This document shows, piece by piece, positions 1 to 9,561 of a DNA stretch of 64,000 bases. Origin of the DNA: Promethearchaeota archaeon. Lineage in GTDB: Archaea > Asgardarchaeota > Lokiarchaeia > Sigyniarchaeales > SOKP01. The notes beneath the pieces are model-generated. The model was given only the letters and a program-made list of their open reading frames with translations, was not told the DNA's origin and did no database searches. Where the stretch lies: contig JAGXNO010000001.1 of assembly GCA_019894975.1 (NCBI GenBank), positions 25,278 through 89,277 on the forward strand, read 5' to 3'. The translations under genes were made by a program, and so were the position numbers. Every line of letters begins with the position of its first letter. Position 1 is the first letter of the stretch.

Positions 1-250
1 TATCGTGTATCATGTATGTCATGGGAGCTCCAGTCCTAGTTCTCTTCATTTTTTGATCGGCATCAAAAGCCCGCCATTCTGGGCCATGATCAATATGGTT
101 TTCAGAATGTACTAAGCCACATTCTTCACAAACTAATAAACCTCGGTTTTCATCAAAAGAAATTGTATTTCCACATTCTGCGCATAGATTAGTATGTATG
201 CTTAAAATTTCATCGGATTCGTGTTTTAAATCTCTCCAATTTGAAATAAA
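1..250 (-). CDS. tfb: Transcription initiation factor B (TFIIB homologue), N-terminal part; the gene runs off the window start
   Basis: My own minus-strand translation gives ...HTNLCAECGNTISFDENRGLLVCEECGLVHSENHIDHGPEWRAFDADQKMKRTRTGAPMTYMIHD. This is the TFIIB Zn ribbon (CxxC..CxxC) plus the GPEWRAF motif. The frame is closed by TAA at 251-253. There is no in-frame ATG/GTG/TTG upstream of the ribbon, so the start is unresolved. Confidence 0.8.
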
Positions 251-302
251 TTACACCTTCCTTTATTAAATTTATATTTATTATTAAGAGACAGATAAAA
301 AA

Positions 303-554
303 CTAGGGTAGTTTGGTATAGACCTTTAAATTGGGATCAAACTGTTGATCAGGCAAGTCTTTGATTGAAATAAATGGCAAGTCAACTGGACCGAAGATAT
401 CCTTCACATAACCAATTTTCTCATATTTTTCATTATAAACAGGCTGTCTAAATACTTTTTCAAGATTCTTATTCCACTGTTTTGCTCTAAAAATTTGATG
501 TTTTTTAGATTTTCCAATATAGAATAGATTTAATTTAACCCAGTCTTTTTTCAA
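303..554 (-). CDS. gar1: H/ACA RNP protein Gar1
   Basis: 83 aa. It has the Gar1-like core ...IGYVKDIFGPVDLPFISIK.. and the small size typical of archaeal Gar1. It lies next to tfb. Confidence 0.7.
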   Translation of the reverse strand: MKKDWVKLNLFYIGKSKKHQIFRAKQWNKNLEKVFRQPVYNEKYEKIGYVKDIFGPVDLPFISIKDLPDQQFDPNLKVYTKLP

Positions 555-791
555 GAGATTCCCTTACTTGGGGGTTTAAAATTAAAATAAAAGATGGTGG
601 GTAACATTTAAACATAATGGTTTTTCATACAAAAATGGCAATTAATACCTTACTATATTAAACACCGTTTTCAATTCAAATATTCCTCGAATTAGAGTGA
701 ATTTTTTCGAATTTTATTTAAGCTTTCATTAATAAATTAAGAGATAATTGTTTAGAAACTTCTTAAAGGGATAGTGGAATATTTATAAAAT

Positions 792-1892
792 TTAGTGAAA
801 GAGTTTTTCAAATTGATATTGTCTTTTACATCCACATTCATATTCAGGTTCATCGAGAACATTTAAATCTTGAGAAAGAACAAATTCTCTAAGTTTGTTT
901 AATGACGATTTCTCACATTCTCTTTTTAAACAGTTATGGATACCTCTTTTTGTTGAAGCACCGGAAGGATCTGACAATATACGTGTATGTTTTAATTTAT
1001 CTTTATCTAATGATTTTTTCAAGACTTTAAAGAGGGAATAATACCAAGGAGGTCTGTACCTATTTTGCATATATAGACTTTCAACTAGAGTGCCTTTTTG
1101 AATATTTACGGGATTTATAGATATTGTATTAACACCCAAGTCTATTAAATTATTGATCGAACTAATGCAATCATCAATCGCTCCTTGTTCATTAAGAAAG
1201 GGTGGTTTCAATAATAAATACGTTTTTACACCAATATTATTTTCTTTGCAAATATTCAAAACAGTCTTAAAATCATTAAATAACATACCTTTATTGATGT
1301 AATGATTCCTAATATAATCATTCACAGTTTCAACTCCAATTGCTATTTCTATATGTTTATTTTTTAAATTGTCTTTCAATTCCGTTAATCTATCAGAAGT
1401 TATATATTCTATTCGACTTTCTATCACAACTTCCTTTATCTTGTCTAATTCTTCAATTTTTTCATATATATGTAGTCTGGCTTCATCAGATATTTCATTT
1501 TCATCAAAAAAACTCCCAGAATTGAAAACTTTTAAGCTAAAATTATCTTCATCACTGTTGATTTCTTTAATTTTACTGTTAAATGCATAATCAAACTGTT
1601 TTATAATATTTCCTGAGTTAACATTTTCAATATTCGCATCTTGGATATATCCACACATTGTACAACCCCCAGATTCTCCTAAAGACCAACTACAACCTTT
1701 GGTTCTTAAAATAATTGTGAATTCTTGTCCTATTTCATTCAACAACCTGTCTTTTTTTAACCAAAAACTTATCGGTTGTTCTAATGCTTGTGGTCTCAAA
1801 TTACTTCTCTTATTTAAAGCCCTTTGCCTTAAATGTTTAATTTTTTCCAATAAAAATAAATCACTCTCAACTTTTTTCATAGATCTCAACAA
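792..1892 (-). CDS. raSEA: Radical SAM enzyme for archaeosine formation (RaSEA-type)
   Basis: 366 aa with the Cys cluster GCSWSLGESGGCTMCG and a radical-SAM TIM-barrel-like body. It overlaps the 3' end of the upstream arcS gene by 26 nt, which is the known ArcS-RaSEA pairing. Confidence 0.7.
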   Translation of the reverse strand: MLRSMKKVESDLFLLEKIKHLRQRALNKRSNLRPQALEQPISFWLKKDRLLNEIGQEFTIILRTKGCSWSLGESGGCTMCGYIQDANIENVNSGNIIKQFDYAFNSKIKEINSDEDNFSLKVFNSGSFFDENEISDEARLHIYEKIEELDKIKEVVIESRIEYITSDRLTELKDNLKNKHIEIAIGVETVNDYIRNHYINKGMLFNDFKTVLNICKENNIGVKTYLLLKPPFLNEQGAIDDCISSINNLIDLGVNTISINPVNIQKGTLVESLYMQNRYRPPWYYSLFKVLKKSLDKDKLKHTRILSDPSGASTKRGIHNCLKRECEKSSLNKLREFVLSQDLNVLDEPEYECGCKRQYQFEKLFH

Positions 1893-3945
1893 CCTTTCCC
1901 GTTTTTGAATTCTTTAAGTAATTTGCCCCAACAACAAGCTTTCCTACCCCTATAATATTATTTCTTAATTTATCAATAACAGCAACATAATTTCCTGGAA
2001 TTAGATCTAAACTATAATCTATAACTCCTATTCGAAACAGATTATTTCCCCGAATAGTTTCTCCATCAAAAATAATCATATTTGAATCTAATGAAAATGG
2101 TTTTTGAGTTATACTCTTCATTCCATTAATTGTTATGCTTACTTGACCCGTTGAAGCGTTAAATGTACCAATATTTTGTTTTGTGTTCATATCTTTGAAA
2201 TTTATTCTATTATTAGCTTTATTTTTTTTCAATACTAAATCATTTTTTATTATTTTGTTTCCAGAGCCAATACCAAATTGATAATCCAATATTTTTATGA
2301 ATTTTCGAATCCAAGTTTTTGATAAATAATTACCCTTTGCCATCTCTTTTTTAGGGTTATAATCGTTTATATGTTCTTGTATAATCTCTTCAAGAACTTG
2401 AAGAGATTCATTTGAAGTAGGATTTTCTTTCACAACAGAAAAAAATAATTCATGTTCCAGATTTTGGTTAATTTTTTTCACTATTTCAAGAGATTCTCCT
2501 TCAAGATGGCAAATGATAGGGATCGATTTATCATATTTATTTAAAAGAGATAAAAGCATTTCTGAGGTAATTTTTTTTTCCTCCTCATCCCAATTCCCAG
2601 TGACAGAGATGTCATATGAATTAACTGGATAAATATCTTCCAATTGTCTAGGAATTGCTCCAAGAGGAGAAGTAATAATAATTTCTTGAAAATTGGGAAA
2701 TTCTGGAAATTTCCTTATTGATTTGGAAAATTTTTTGTGTGATTTGGAACTAGAATAAGGTTTTTTCGCAGAACAGGGGAGTAGGATGATTAAATTAGTC
2801 CATGCTTCTGGTTCAAAATTTGTTATAGTTCTCTTCCTAAATTCTTTAAAATCAGGTCTATGATATGAGGACTGGCCTAAACATATAATTTTTTTATCCT
2901 TTTGAGTGATCGGAGTTTCATATCTTACTAGTTTAAAGTATTCTTTATCTAATATTTTCAATGTTGAGATTATATTAATATCATCTAAAGATGATTTTTC
3001 AACAAATGCACGATAATCCTCGTATCGAAGATATTGCTTAATTTTCCTCATATAATTATTAGCTGAAATTAAATTATGCAAGCATAGTAGGTCTGTCTTC
3101 TCTTGAGAATACTTTACTTCAAACAAATTTTTTAAGTCTCCTTTACAAGCAACACAAGAACAAGGTAAATATTTAACTTTATAAATTGGGAGTAAATATT
3201 CTATTGTATCATAGAAATCTTCCGCTGACAAAAAGAGTAGAAATGTCGTATCAATTAAGTCCACTCCTAAGTAAACTAGAATCGGATAGAATTTAGGTAA
3301 AATCTTACCTGAAGCCATTATAATAAGGTTATTATCTAACCTATTTTTTATCGTAATAATTGTGCTAATATTATTCCTAAAATTGCCAAAATTATCGAAA
3401 ATTCCAAGGAGATTTAAAATTTTGATGTTTTCATTTGCTTTTATCACTGGTAAATATAATTCTAATAATTCAGAATAATCGAAAAGTCTTATTGACAATC
3501 CAAAGTTGATTTTAGGATGGTGTTCTAATATTCTCTCAACATTTTTGAGGTATATTTCTATTTCTCTTTCTGCAAAATCTCTGCCAATAGTAGTTGTGGG
3601 GATGTTGAAGGGAATGATTGATAAAACATTGTCGTCTGAAAAAATTTCTAAATTGTTCTCTAATATACTTTCAAATTTATCTAATGTTCCCGGATGTGTA
3701 AAAATAAATCCAGTGTCCTTAAATTTTTCTCGTAGAAATCCGATTTTCAAGAAAATCTCTTTAGAAATTATAAAAAGATTATGATCTTCAAATTCCTGTA
3801 AAAAAGTAAAGTTCATCAGCACACTCTTTATCGGAATAGCCACGTTTGGGGTTCTAATAAAGAGTTTTTTATCTTTAGAGAAATTCACCCGTCCTATTCT
3901 TGAAAAACCAATTCTGTTTTCTAATAATTCAAAAAAATTGCTCAT
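1867..3945 (-). CDS. arcS: Archaeosine synthase ArcS (TGT paralogue with C-terminal PUA region)
   Basis: 692 aa. It has a TGT-like N-terminus, a Zn motif CSCVAC, and the ArcS signature PC-x3-KPY-x2-S-x2-H, seen here as PCSAKKPYSSSKSH. Confidence 0.8.
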   Translation of the reverse strand: MSNFFELLENRIGFSRIGRVNFSKDKKLFIRTPNVAIPIKSVLMNFTFLQEFEDHNLFIISKEIFLKIGFLREKFKDTGFIFTHPGTLDKFESILENNLEIFSDDNVLSIIPFNIPTTTIGRDFAEREIEIYLKNVERILEHHPKINFGLSIRLFDYSELLELYLPVIKANENIKILNLLGIFDNFGNFRNNISTIITIKNRLDNNLIIMASGKILPKFYPILVYLGVDLIDTTFLLFLSAEDFYDTIEYLLPIYKVKYLPCSCVACKGDLKNLFEVKYSQEKTDLLCLHNLISANNYMRKIKQYLRYEDYRAFVEKSSLDDINIISTLKILDKEYFKLVRYETPITQKDKKIICLGQSSYHRPDFKEFRKRTITNFEPEAWTNLIILLPCSAKKPYSSSKSHKKFSKSIRKFPEFPNFQEIIITSPLGAIPRQLEDIYPVNSYDISVTGNWDEEEKKITSEMLLSLLNKYDKSIPIICHLEGESLEIVKKINQNLEHELFFSVVKENPTSNESLQVLEEIIQEHINDYNPKKEMAKGNYLSKTWIRKFIKILDYQFGIGSGNKIIKNDLVLKKNKANNRINFKDMNTKQNIGTFNASTGQVSITINGMKSITQKPFSLDSNMIIFDGETIRGNNLFRIGVIDYSLDLIPGNYVAVIDKLRNNIIGVGKLVVGANYLKNSKTGKVVEIYEKS

Positions 3946-4052
3946 TCTAATCGATAAATTAAATATTATTCACTTTAAGTTATCTTATTACCCAAAACTA
4001 TTAAGAATTTAGTAAAAATTTAGGAAATAAAATTAAAAGAATTACGGTGATA

Positions 4053-5072
4053 TTAAGAAAAATACTCTTGATTTAATACATTTGTTGGGGAAAATGACTT
4101 GGAAATTATAAAATTTGTATGGGATATTAATTCATCTAACACAAAATTTGTATAAGTATCTTCTATATTTTCTGAATTATATAGATCTCTAATAAAAGTT
4201 GCATAATCTTCAATATCCTTTACTCGAACTATGGCAAATAATCCATATTGTTCACCTATTCGAAATAAGTCAGTAATGTTTCGATATATATCCAATTTAA
4301 TCGCAAGATCATTGTATTTTGATGGATCTTTTGGCTTAATTCGAAGAAGATATTTTCCTTTGAAACCTATTTTCTTAGGATTAAAGTTTATTGTATAGTT
4401 TAAAATTACACCTTGTTCCTCGAGTTTTTTAATTCTGTTATGAATTGTTGATTGTGAAATTTCTATTTTAAGTTGTTCTTTAAAGATTTTACTTATCTCA
4501 TATGTAGATATTGGTTTGGCTCCTTGACCATCTCGTAATATACTCAAAATTTTATAATCTACATCGTCTATATCAAAAGAAACTGCTGAGTCTTTCATAC
4601 TAATCCCATTTGTTTTAAACACCTTAATTGTTTCAATAATTTGATATTTTTTAAAATGTGATTTAGCCATTATTTTATCAATTGTATTTAGTATCTGATA
4701 ATATTCTTCGGGGGATTTAAAGATAAATAAGGCAAATAGAGAAAAATCTCCAATTATCCCATCCAACATTCTAATCTGGGGGATTTCAAGCAATTCCTTG
4801 ACCAAATCAGGCTCTTTTGGGTTGGTTTTAATTTCAAGCATCACATATTTCAAATTATTTGGACGAATATTGGGATTAATGTTTATTGTAAAGTTTGTAA
4901 TTATTTTTTGATCTCTCATACCATCAAGTTTGTTTTGATAAGTTTGTCTAGAAAGTCCAATATCACGTGAATTTCTGGAAACAATAAATTTGGTTTTTCC
5001 GCTCATATTTTTTATGAAGCGTTGAGATTCTACTTGTTCATTAATATGTTTCATAGTATTACAATTTTGCAA
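4053..5072 (-). CDS. Tandem Lrp/AsnC-family transcriptional regulator (two HTH plus RAM modules)
   Basis: 339 aa. There are two repeats of HTH (..IGLSRQTYQNKL.. and ..ISQSTIHNRIKKLEEQGVI..), each followed by an AsnC-type ligand-binding domain. Confidence 0.7.
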   Translation of the reverse strand: MQNCNTMKHINEQVESQRFIKNMSGKTKFIVSRNSRDIGLSRQTYQNKLDGMRDQKIITNFTININPNIRPNNLKYVMLEIKTNPKEPDLVKELLEIPQIRMLDGIIGDFSLFALFIFKSPEEYYQILNTIDKIMAKSHFKKYQIIETIKVFKTNGISMKDSAVSFDIDDVDYKILSILRDGQGAKPISTYEISKIFKEQLKIEISQSTIHNRIKKLEEQGVILNYTINFNPKKIGFKGKYLLRIKPKDPSKYNDLAIKLDIYRNITDLFRIGEQYGLFAIVRVKDIEDYATFIRDLYNSENIEDTYTNFVLDELISHTNFIISKSFSPTNVLNQEYFS

Positions 5073-5191
5073 ATTTCTTAATTATTACTAATTAAATGTT
5101 AGATAAAATTTATATATATTTGCATTTGACCAAAAATAGTTTTATAAATTAATTAAACTTATTATTCTTATAAAATAAAAAGTGAAATTAA

Positions 5192-6460
5192 TTGACAAAT
5201 TATAAAGTAGCAGATGAAAGCTTAGCAGAGAAAGGAAAAGAAGCATTATATATTGCAGAAAATAAAATGCCTGTAACTGCTAAAGTCATTCGTGAAAGGT
5301 TTGCTAAAGAAAAACCGCTTAAAGGTATAACAATTGCTGGTTGTCTTCATGTAACTAAAGAAACTGCTAACCTTGCTCGAACCTTAAAGGCGGGAGGTGC
5401 TGATGTTTGGTTATGTGGAAGCAATCCACTCTCAACTCAAGATGATGTAGCCGCAGCTTTAGTAAAAGAAGATATAAATATATTTGCCTGGCATGGAAAC
5501 ACTGATGAGGAATTTTATTGGTGTATCAGAGAATGCCTAAAAGCAAAACCGAATATCTTAATAGATGATGGTGCAGATATGATTATAACAGCACATAAAG
5601 AATTTCCAGAATTGATAAAAGAAGGTATCATCATTGGTTGTCAAGAGGAAACTACAACAGGCGTAAAACGATTTAAAGCAATGGATGCTGCTGGAGATCT
5701 AAAAGTACCGCTCTTTCCTGTGAATGATGCAAGATGTAAAAATCAATTCGACAATGAACTAGGAACGGGTCAAGGAATTGTTGCTGCAATTTATGGGATG
5801 CATGTATTATTTGCAGGTAAAAATGTTGTTATTGCTGGTTATGGTCATTGTTCATCAGGGATGGCACTTCGAGCGAGAGGTTTAGGTGCGAATGTAACCG
5901 TTACTGAAGTTGATCCAATAAAAGCTTTACAAGCAAAATTTGCTGGTTTTAATGTGATGCCTATTGAAGTGACATTACCATATGCAGATATTATTTTAAC
6001 CGCTACCGGATGTAAACATGTAATTCAACCTACAAAGGAAATATTCGATAAATTGAAGGATGGAATTATACTCGGTAATCTTGGACATTTTGATATAGAA
6101 ATTCCAACCAAGGAGTTGTATGAATACGCTAAAGAAATTAAACCAGTTCGGTCAAACGTAGAAGAACTACTAATGCCTAATGGTAAAAAAGTCTATTTAC
6201 TTGCTAAGGGCCGTTTAGCTAACTTGGTACTCTCTGAAGGACACCCTGCTGAAGTAATGGATATGTCTTTTGGTTTACAATCCCTAATGTCTGAATATAT
6301 CGTTAAGAATAGAGATAAACTTAAACCTGGGATGGTTGATGTCCCCGTCGAGATTGATGACAGAGTAGGTTTCCTAAAACTTCAATCCATGGGCATTGAG
6401 ATTGATATTTTAACTAAAGAGCAATATGACTATATCCATGGGTATGCTGAGGGCACATAA
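5192..6460 (+). CDS. ahcY: S-adenosyl-L-homocysteine hydrolase
   Basis: 422 aa with motifs GCLHVTKETANLARTLKAGGADV, SNPLSTQDDVAAAL and the NAD-binding stretch VVIAGYGHCSSG. It has a TTG start. Confidence 0.9.
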   Translation: MTNYKVADESLAEKGKEALYIAENKMPVTAKVIRERFAKEKPLKGITIAGCLHVTKETANLARTLKAGGADVWLCGSNPLSTQDDVAAALVKEDINIFAWHGNTDEEFYWCIRECLKAKPNILIDDGADMIITAHKEFPELIKEGIIIGCQEETTTGVKRFKAMDAAGDLKVPLFPVNDARCKNQFDNELGTGQGIVAAIYGMHVLFAGKNVVIAGYGHCSSGMALRARGLGANVTVTEVDPIKALQAKFAGFNVMPIEVTLPYADIILTATGCKHVIQPTKEIFDKLKDGIILGNLGHFDIEIPTKELYEYAKEIKPVRSNVEELLMPNGKKVYLLAKGRLANLVLSEGHPAEVMDMSFGLQSLMSEYIVKNRDKLKPGMVDVPVEIDDRVGFLKLQSMGIEIDILTKEQYDYIHGYAEGT

Positions 6461-6740
6461 AACATGAAATTTAGTCTCAATTTAAAAAAGTTGAGTAAAA
6501 TAATGTTCTAATTATTATTTTTATTTTTTTAATTTCCTAAATATTAATACTACCTACTGAACATAAAATCCGTATACCCGAGATGCTTCTGCACCATGGG
6601 TCTCAGTAAGTGTGTAGCGTACAAGATTTTGAGGTATTTAAAACATGTAATTATATTAGAATTGTGGGGGGCAATTAAACTATTAATCCTCAATAATTCT
6701 GTCCTAAGACTCATGTTTCTAATAAAATTTTCTGTACTTT

Positions 6741-7775
6741 TTAACCTTTGGGATTCAAAATATCATCAGGATTGATTATTTCTCCATAAACTTCATGAGC
6801 TAATTTTTTAAGTCCATTTAAACCAAAAGGTTCATTTTCTAGCCTATTTGACTCCCATATCTTTAAATTACTAAATTCGTTTCTTATTTCTTCAATATAA
6901 TTAAGTTGAATTGATCGAGTATTAGTACAAAATTGACACTTTTTTGACTGAGGTGTTATCATATTAATATGAACTCCTTCAAGTGTAATGTACTTCTTAG
7001 TTAAGTCTCGAGCTCTTTTAATTTCTTCAAAACTAGGTTTTTCTGCTATAGTAACAAGTCTTAAAGACCCTATTGTGTGAATTAAGTCAGTAATTCTCTC
7101 TCCTCTTCTTTCAAGCTCTTCTAGCATTTGAAAAATCTCCTTTCCTAATTCTTTTCGTTTCTCATAGTCATCAAATGGTCTAATTAATTTCCGAAATAAT
7201 TTAGAAAATTCTCTTACTGCTTCTTTAATAGAATTATAAAAATTCAAAGAATATTTCAATATAACTTTAACTTGGTCCTCAGGAATTTCAAATAAAGCAA
7301 TCATATTCCCAGTTGGAGGAAAATCAGCGATAATAATATCAAATTGTATTGATTGTTTATTTTCAGCATCCAAAATTTCTTGAAAAAACATTGCATTCTT
7401 AAGAGCAAGAGGGATTGAATCTGCGGTAAATGTTGTATCCATAAACGTTTCTAATTGTGGGATCAAACCGACAATTGGCATTTCCTTCATTAAGGCTTTC
7501 ATTTTTGTTATTAGATTATTTGTATATTTCTTGGCGTTTATATTTGGATCAGGTTCGATGGCCCAAATGTTTTCTGATAAAAGTGTTATTTTATTTCCAA
7601 TTTCAGTATTAAATAAATCGGTAAGGTTATGTGCCATATCAAACGATATTAGTAAAATTTTTTTATCTGGAAGAAGATCTGCTAACTTCACAGCAGTAGC
7701 GGCACTAATAGAGCTTTTACCAACACCACCCTTTCCACCCAATACGATAATTTTCTCCATTTGGAATTTTCTCAT
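6741..7775 (-). CDS. ArsA/Get3-family ATPase (single-domain, Get3-like)
   Basis: 344 aa. It has the deviant Walker A GGKGGVGKSS and a CxxC pair (CQFC), as in the Get3 Zn-mediated dimer. Confidence 0.75.
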   Translation of the reverse strand: MRKFQMEKIIVLGGKGGVGKSSISAATAVKLADLLPDKKILLISFDMAHNLTDLFNTEIGNKITLLSENIWAIEPDPNINAKKYTNNLITKMKALMKEMPIVGLIPQLETFMDTTFTADSIPLALKNAMFFQEILDAENKQSIQFDIIIADFPPTGNMIALFEIPEDQVKVILKYSLNFYNSIKEAVREFSKLFRKLIRPFDDYEKRKELGKEIFQMLEELERRGERITDLIHTIGSLRLVTIAEKPSFEEIKRARDLTKKYITLEGVHINMITPQSKKCQFCTNTRSIQLNYIEEIRNEFSNLKIWESNRLENEPFGLNGLKKLAHEVYGEIINPDDILNPKG

Positions 7776-8022
7776 TCATTTTTCAAATTATATATCAAAA
7801 ATAAATATGGCATAAAAAACTAATCAATATATCTGAAAATTAGCAAAAAAATAAATTCTTTAATTAATTTAATTAATAATAATCATCACAATAAGATGAT
7901 TTCAAGTTTAAAATCACAAATAAAATTAAAGCATAAAAATCAAAATTATTCAAGTTCTTATTTAATTCGTATAACAACAAATAAAATTTGAGTATATATT
8001 AAAAATTTAGTTTATTTATAGA

Positions 8023-9250
8023 ATGGATGTGATAAAGATTACAGATCAGAATGAGTTTACTACAAAATATATTATTGAAGTTAAATTTTCAATTAAAGGA
8101 GTTGTTGAAAAAAGCGATATAGTCGGCGCCATTTTCGGTCAAAGATAAAAGTCAATAGCCATATCGGCAAATCGGCTAAACTGAAGGTCTTCTTTTAGAT
8201 TTAGATTTAAGAGATCTACAAAAATCTGGACGAATTGGACGGATAGAAGTAGATAATATTTCTAAAGAGGGTGTCTCAGAAGGAAATATTAAAATTCCAT
8301 CCTCATTAACTAGAAAGGAGACCGCACTCTTGGCGGCGACAGTCGAAACAGTCTCTCGCGTTGGCCCGTGCGAGGCTGAAATTACCCTAATTGAAATTAG
8401 AGATGTTCGTGAAACCAAACGTAAGAAAATTATTGAAAGAGCTGCCCAACTTCTAAAGCAATGGGACCAAAAGTCTTTAGAACAAAGTGAAATTGAAGAG
8501 AAGATGGATAAAGATATTAAACTCGGAGAAATAATATCTTGGGGTCCTGATAAACTCCCTGCAGGTCCAGATGTGGAAAAAAATCCAGATCTCATTATCG
8601 TAGAAGGAAGAGCCGACGTTTTAAATTTATTACGAATAGGTATTAAAAATACAATTGCAGTTCAAGGAACTCAAGTACCTAAATCAGTAATAAGTTTAGG
8701 AAAAAAGAAGAAGACAGTAACATGTTTTCTTGATGGGGATCGAGGAGGTACTATTATTTTAAATGAATTATTGCAATTGTTAAAAATTGACTTTGTTGCT
8801 AGAGCTCCTGACGGGCATGAGGTTGAAGAGCTAACGAGAAAACAAATGATTAAAGCACTGCAAAACAAAAGATCCGCGAAAGATTTAAGAGATATGACGT
8901 CTGGATCTACGGAAGGAAAAAAATATAATACTAAGGAAGAAACACTTCAAAAGTACCTCAAGAAAGTAAAAATAAAAGATGAAGCAATAATTGTGGAAGC
9001 AATTAATACTATTGAAACAGGGCACAGTATTGGGTTTAACAAGAGCCTTAATAAGTTATTTGATTTTCCCGTTGGGGGTATTTTTGAAAAAATTAGAGAT
9101 TTTAAAGATACTCAATATTTAATTATCGATGGAGTTTTAACAAAAAGACTTTTATCACTGTCTATAAACATGAAAATCAAGTTTATTGCATGCAAAAATA
9201 AGGAAGATGAATTAACAATTCCAGAGCATTTAGTTGTCTTTTATTTTTAA
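8023..9250 (+). CDS. dnaG: Archaeal DnaG primase / exosome-associated TOPRIM protein, interrupted by a 37-nt insert (8143-8179)
   Basis: Exon 1 (8023-8142) reads [40 protein letters not shown] and then hits TAA at 8146. Exon 2 (8180-9250, frame +1) reads [24 protein letters not shown]...RVGPCEAEI...[11 protein letters not shown]...FLDGDRGG (TOPRIM). Joined, they give 396 aa carrying the conserved AIFGQTEGLL motif. Confidence 0.85.
8143..8179 (+). other. Candidate BHB-type intron within the dnaG mRNA
   Basis: The outer helix is 8131-8136 / 8183-8188. The central 4-bp helix is GGTC (8137-8140) / GGCT (8174-8177). The 3-nt bulges are AAA (8141-8143) and AAA (8178-8180). The inner helix is GAT/ATC. 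Symmetric cuts remove exactly 37 nt and restore the frame. Confidence 0.6.
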
Positions 9251-9265
9251 TTAAAATATTAAATC

Positions 9266-9505
9266 TTATACAATTGGTAATGCTACAGAGAAGATTAGTT
9301 GTATAACAAATGATAAAGCACCTAAAACTAAGATACCTATTCCACAAATTTTAAAAACCAAAAAGTAATCTTTTCTATTAGGTTTATTCGCAATTTTTAG
9401 AATCCGTTTTGAATTTTGAAAGAAAAGCGACAGTCTTTCAAACAAACCAGGTTTCTTTTTCTTATCTAGTTTTGAATACTTATCATACTTTGGGTAATTT
9501 GACAC
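9266..9505 (-). CDS. secE: Preprotein translocase subunit SecE / Sec61-gamma
   Basis: 79 aa with a basic N-terminal part (..KPNRKDYFLV..) and one C-terminal TM helix. It lies next to ftsY. Confidence 0.6.
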   Translation of the reverse strand: MSNYPKYDKYSKLDKKKKPGLFERLSLFFQNSKRILKIANKPNRKDYFLVFKICGIGILVLGALSFVIQLIFSVALPIV

Positions 9506-9561
9506 AATAAAATAAATTAAAAAAGCTTTTTTAAGTTATCTGGTTAAATCAAATACAAATT

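Noticed and set aside
6741-7775. The ArsA-family ATPase might be part of an arsenic pump.
   Set aside because: It has a single ATPase domain and a CxxC dimerisation motif. It lies 48 kb from the acr3/arsR island, among housekeeping genes. It fits a Get3-type tail-anchor targeting factor better than an ArsA pump subunit.
8143-8179. The dnaG interruption might be a simple sequencing frameshift or a programmed ribosomal frameshift.
   Set aside because: The two halves are separated by 37 nt, not 1-2 nt. Frame 0 stops at 8146-8148, while the downstream frame is closed by TAA at 8177-8179, so no single -1 or +1 shift can connect them. Only excision, or a long translational bypass, restores the conserved GQTEG junction. 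Bypass cannot be formally excluded, but I saw no matched take-off and landing codon pair.
8176-8595. A 139-aa minus-strand ORF lies opposite dnaG.
   Set aside because: It is a Ser/Leu-rich, low-complexity translation that lies entirely antisense to a well-supported DnaG coding region. It is a shadow ORF.
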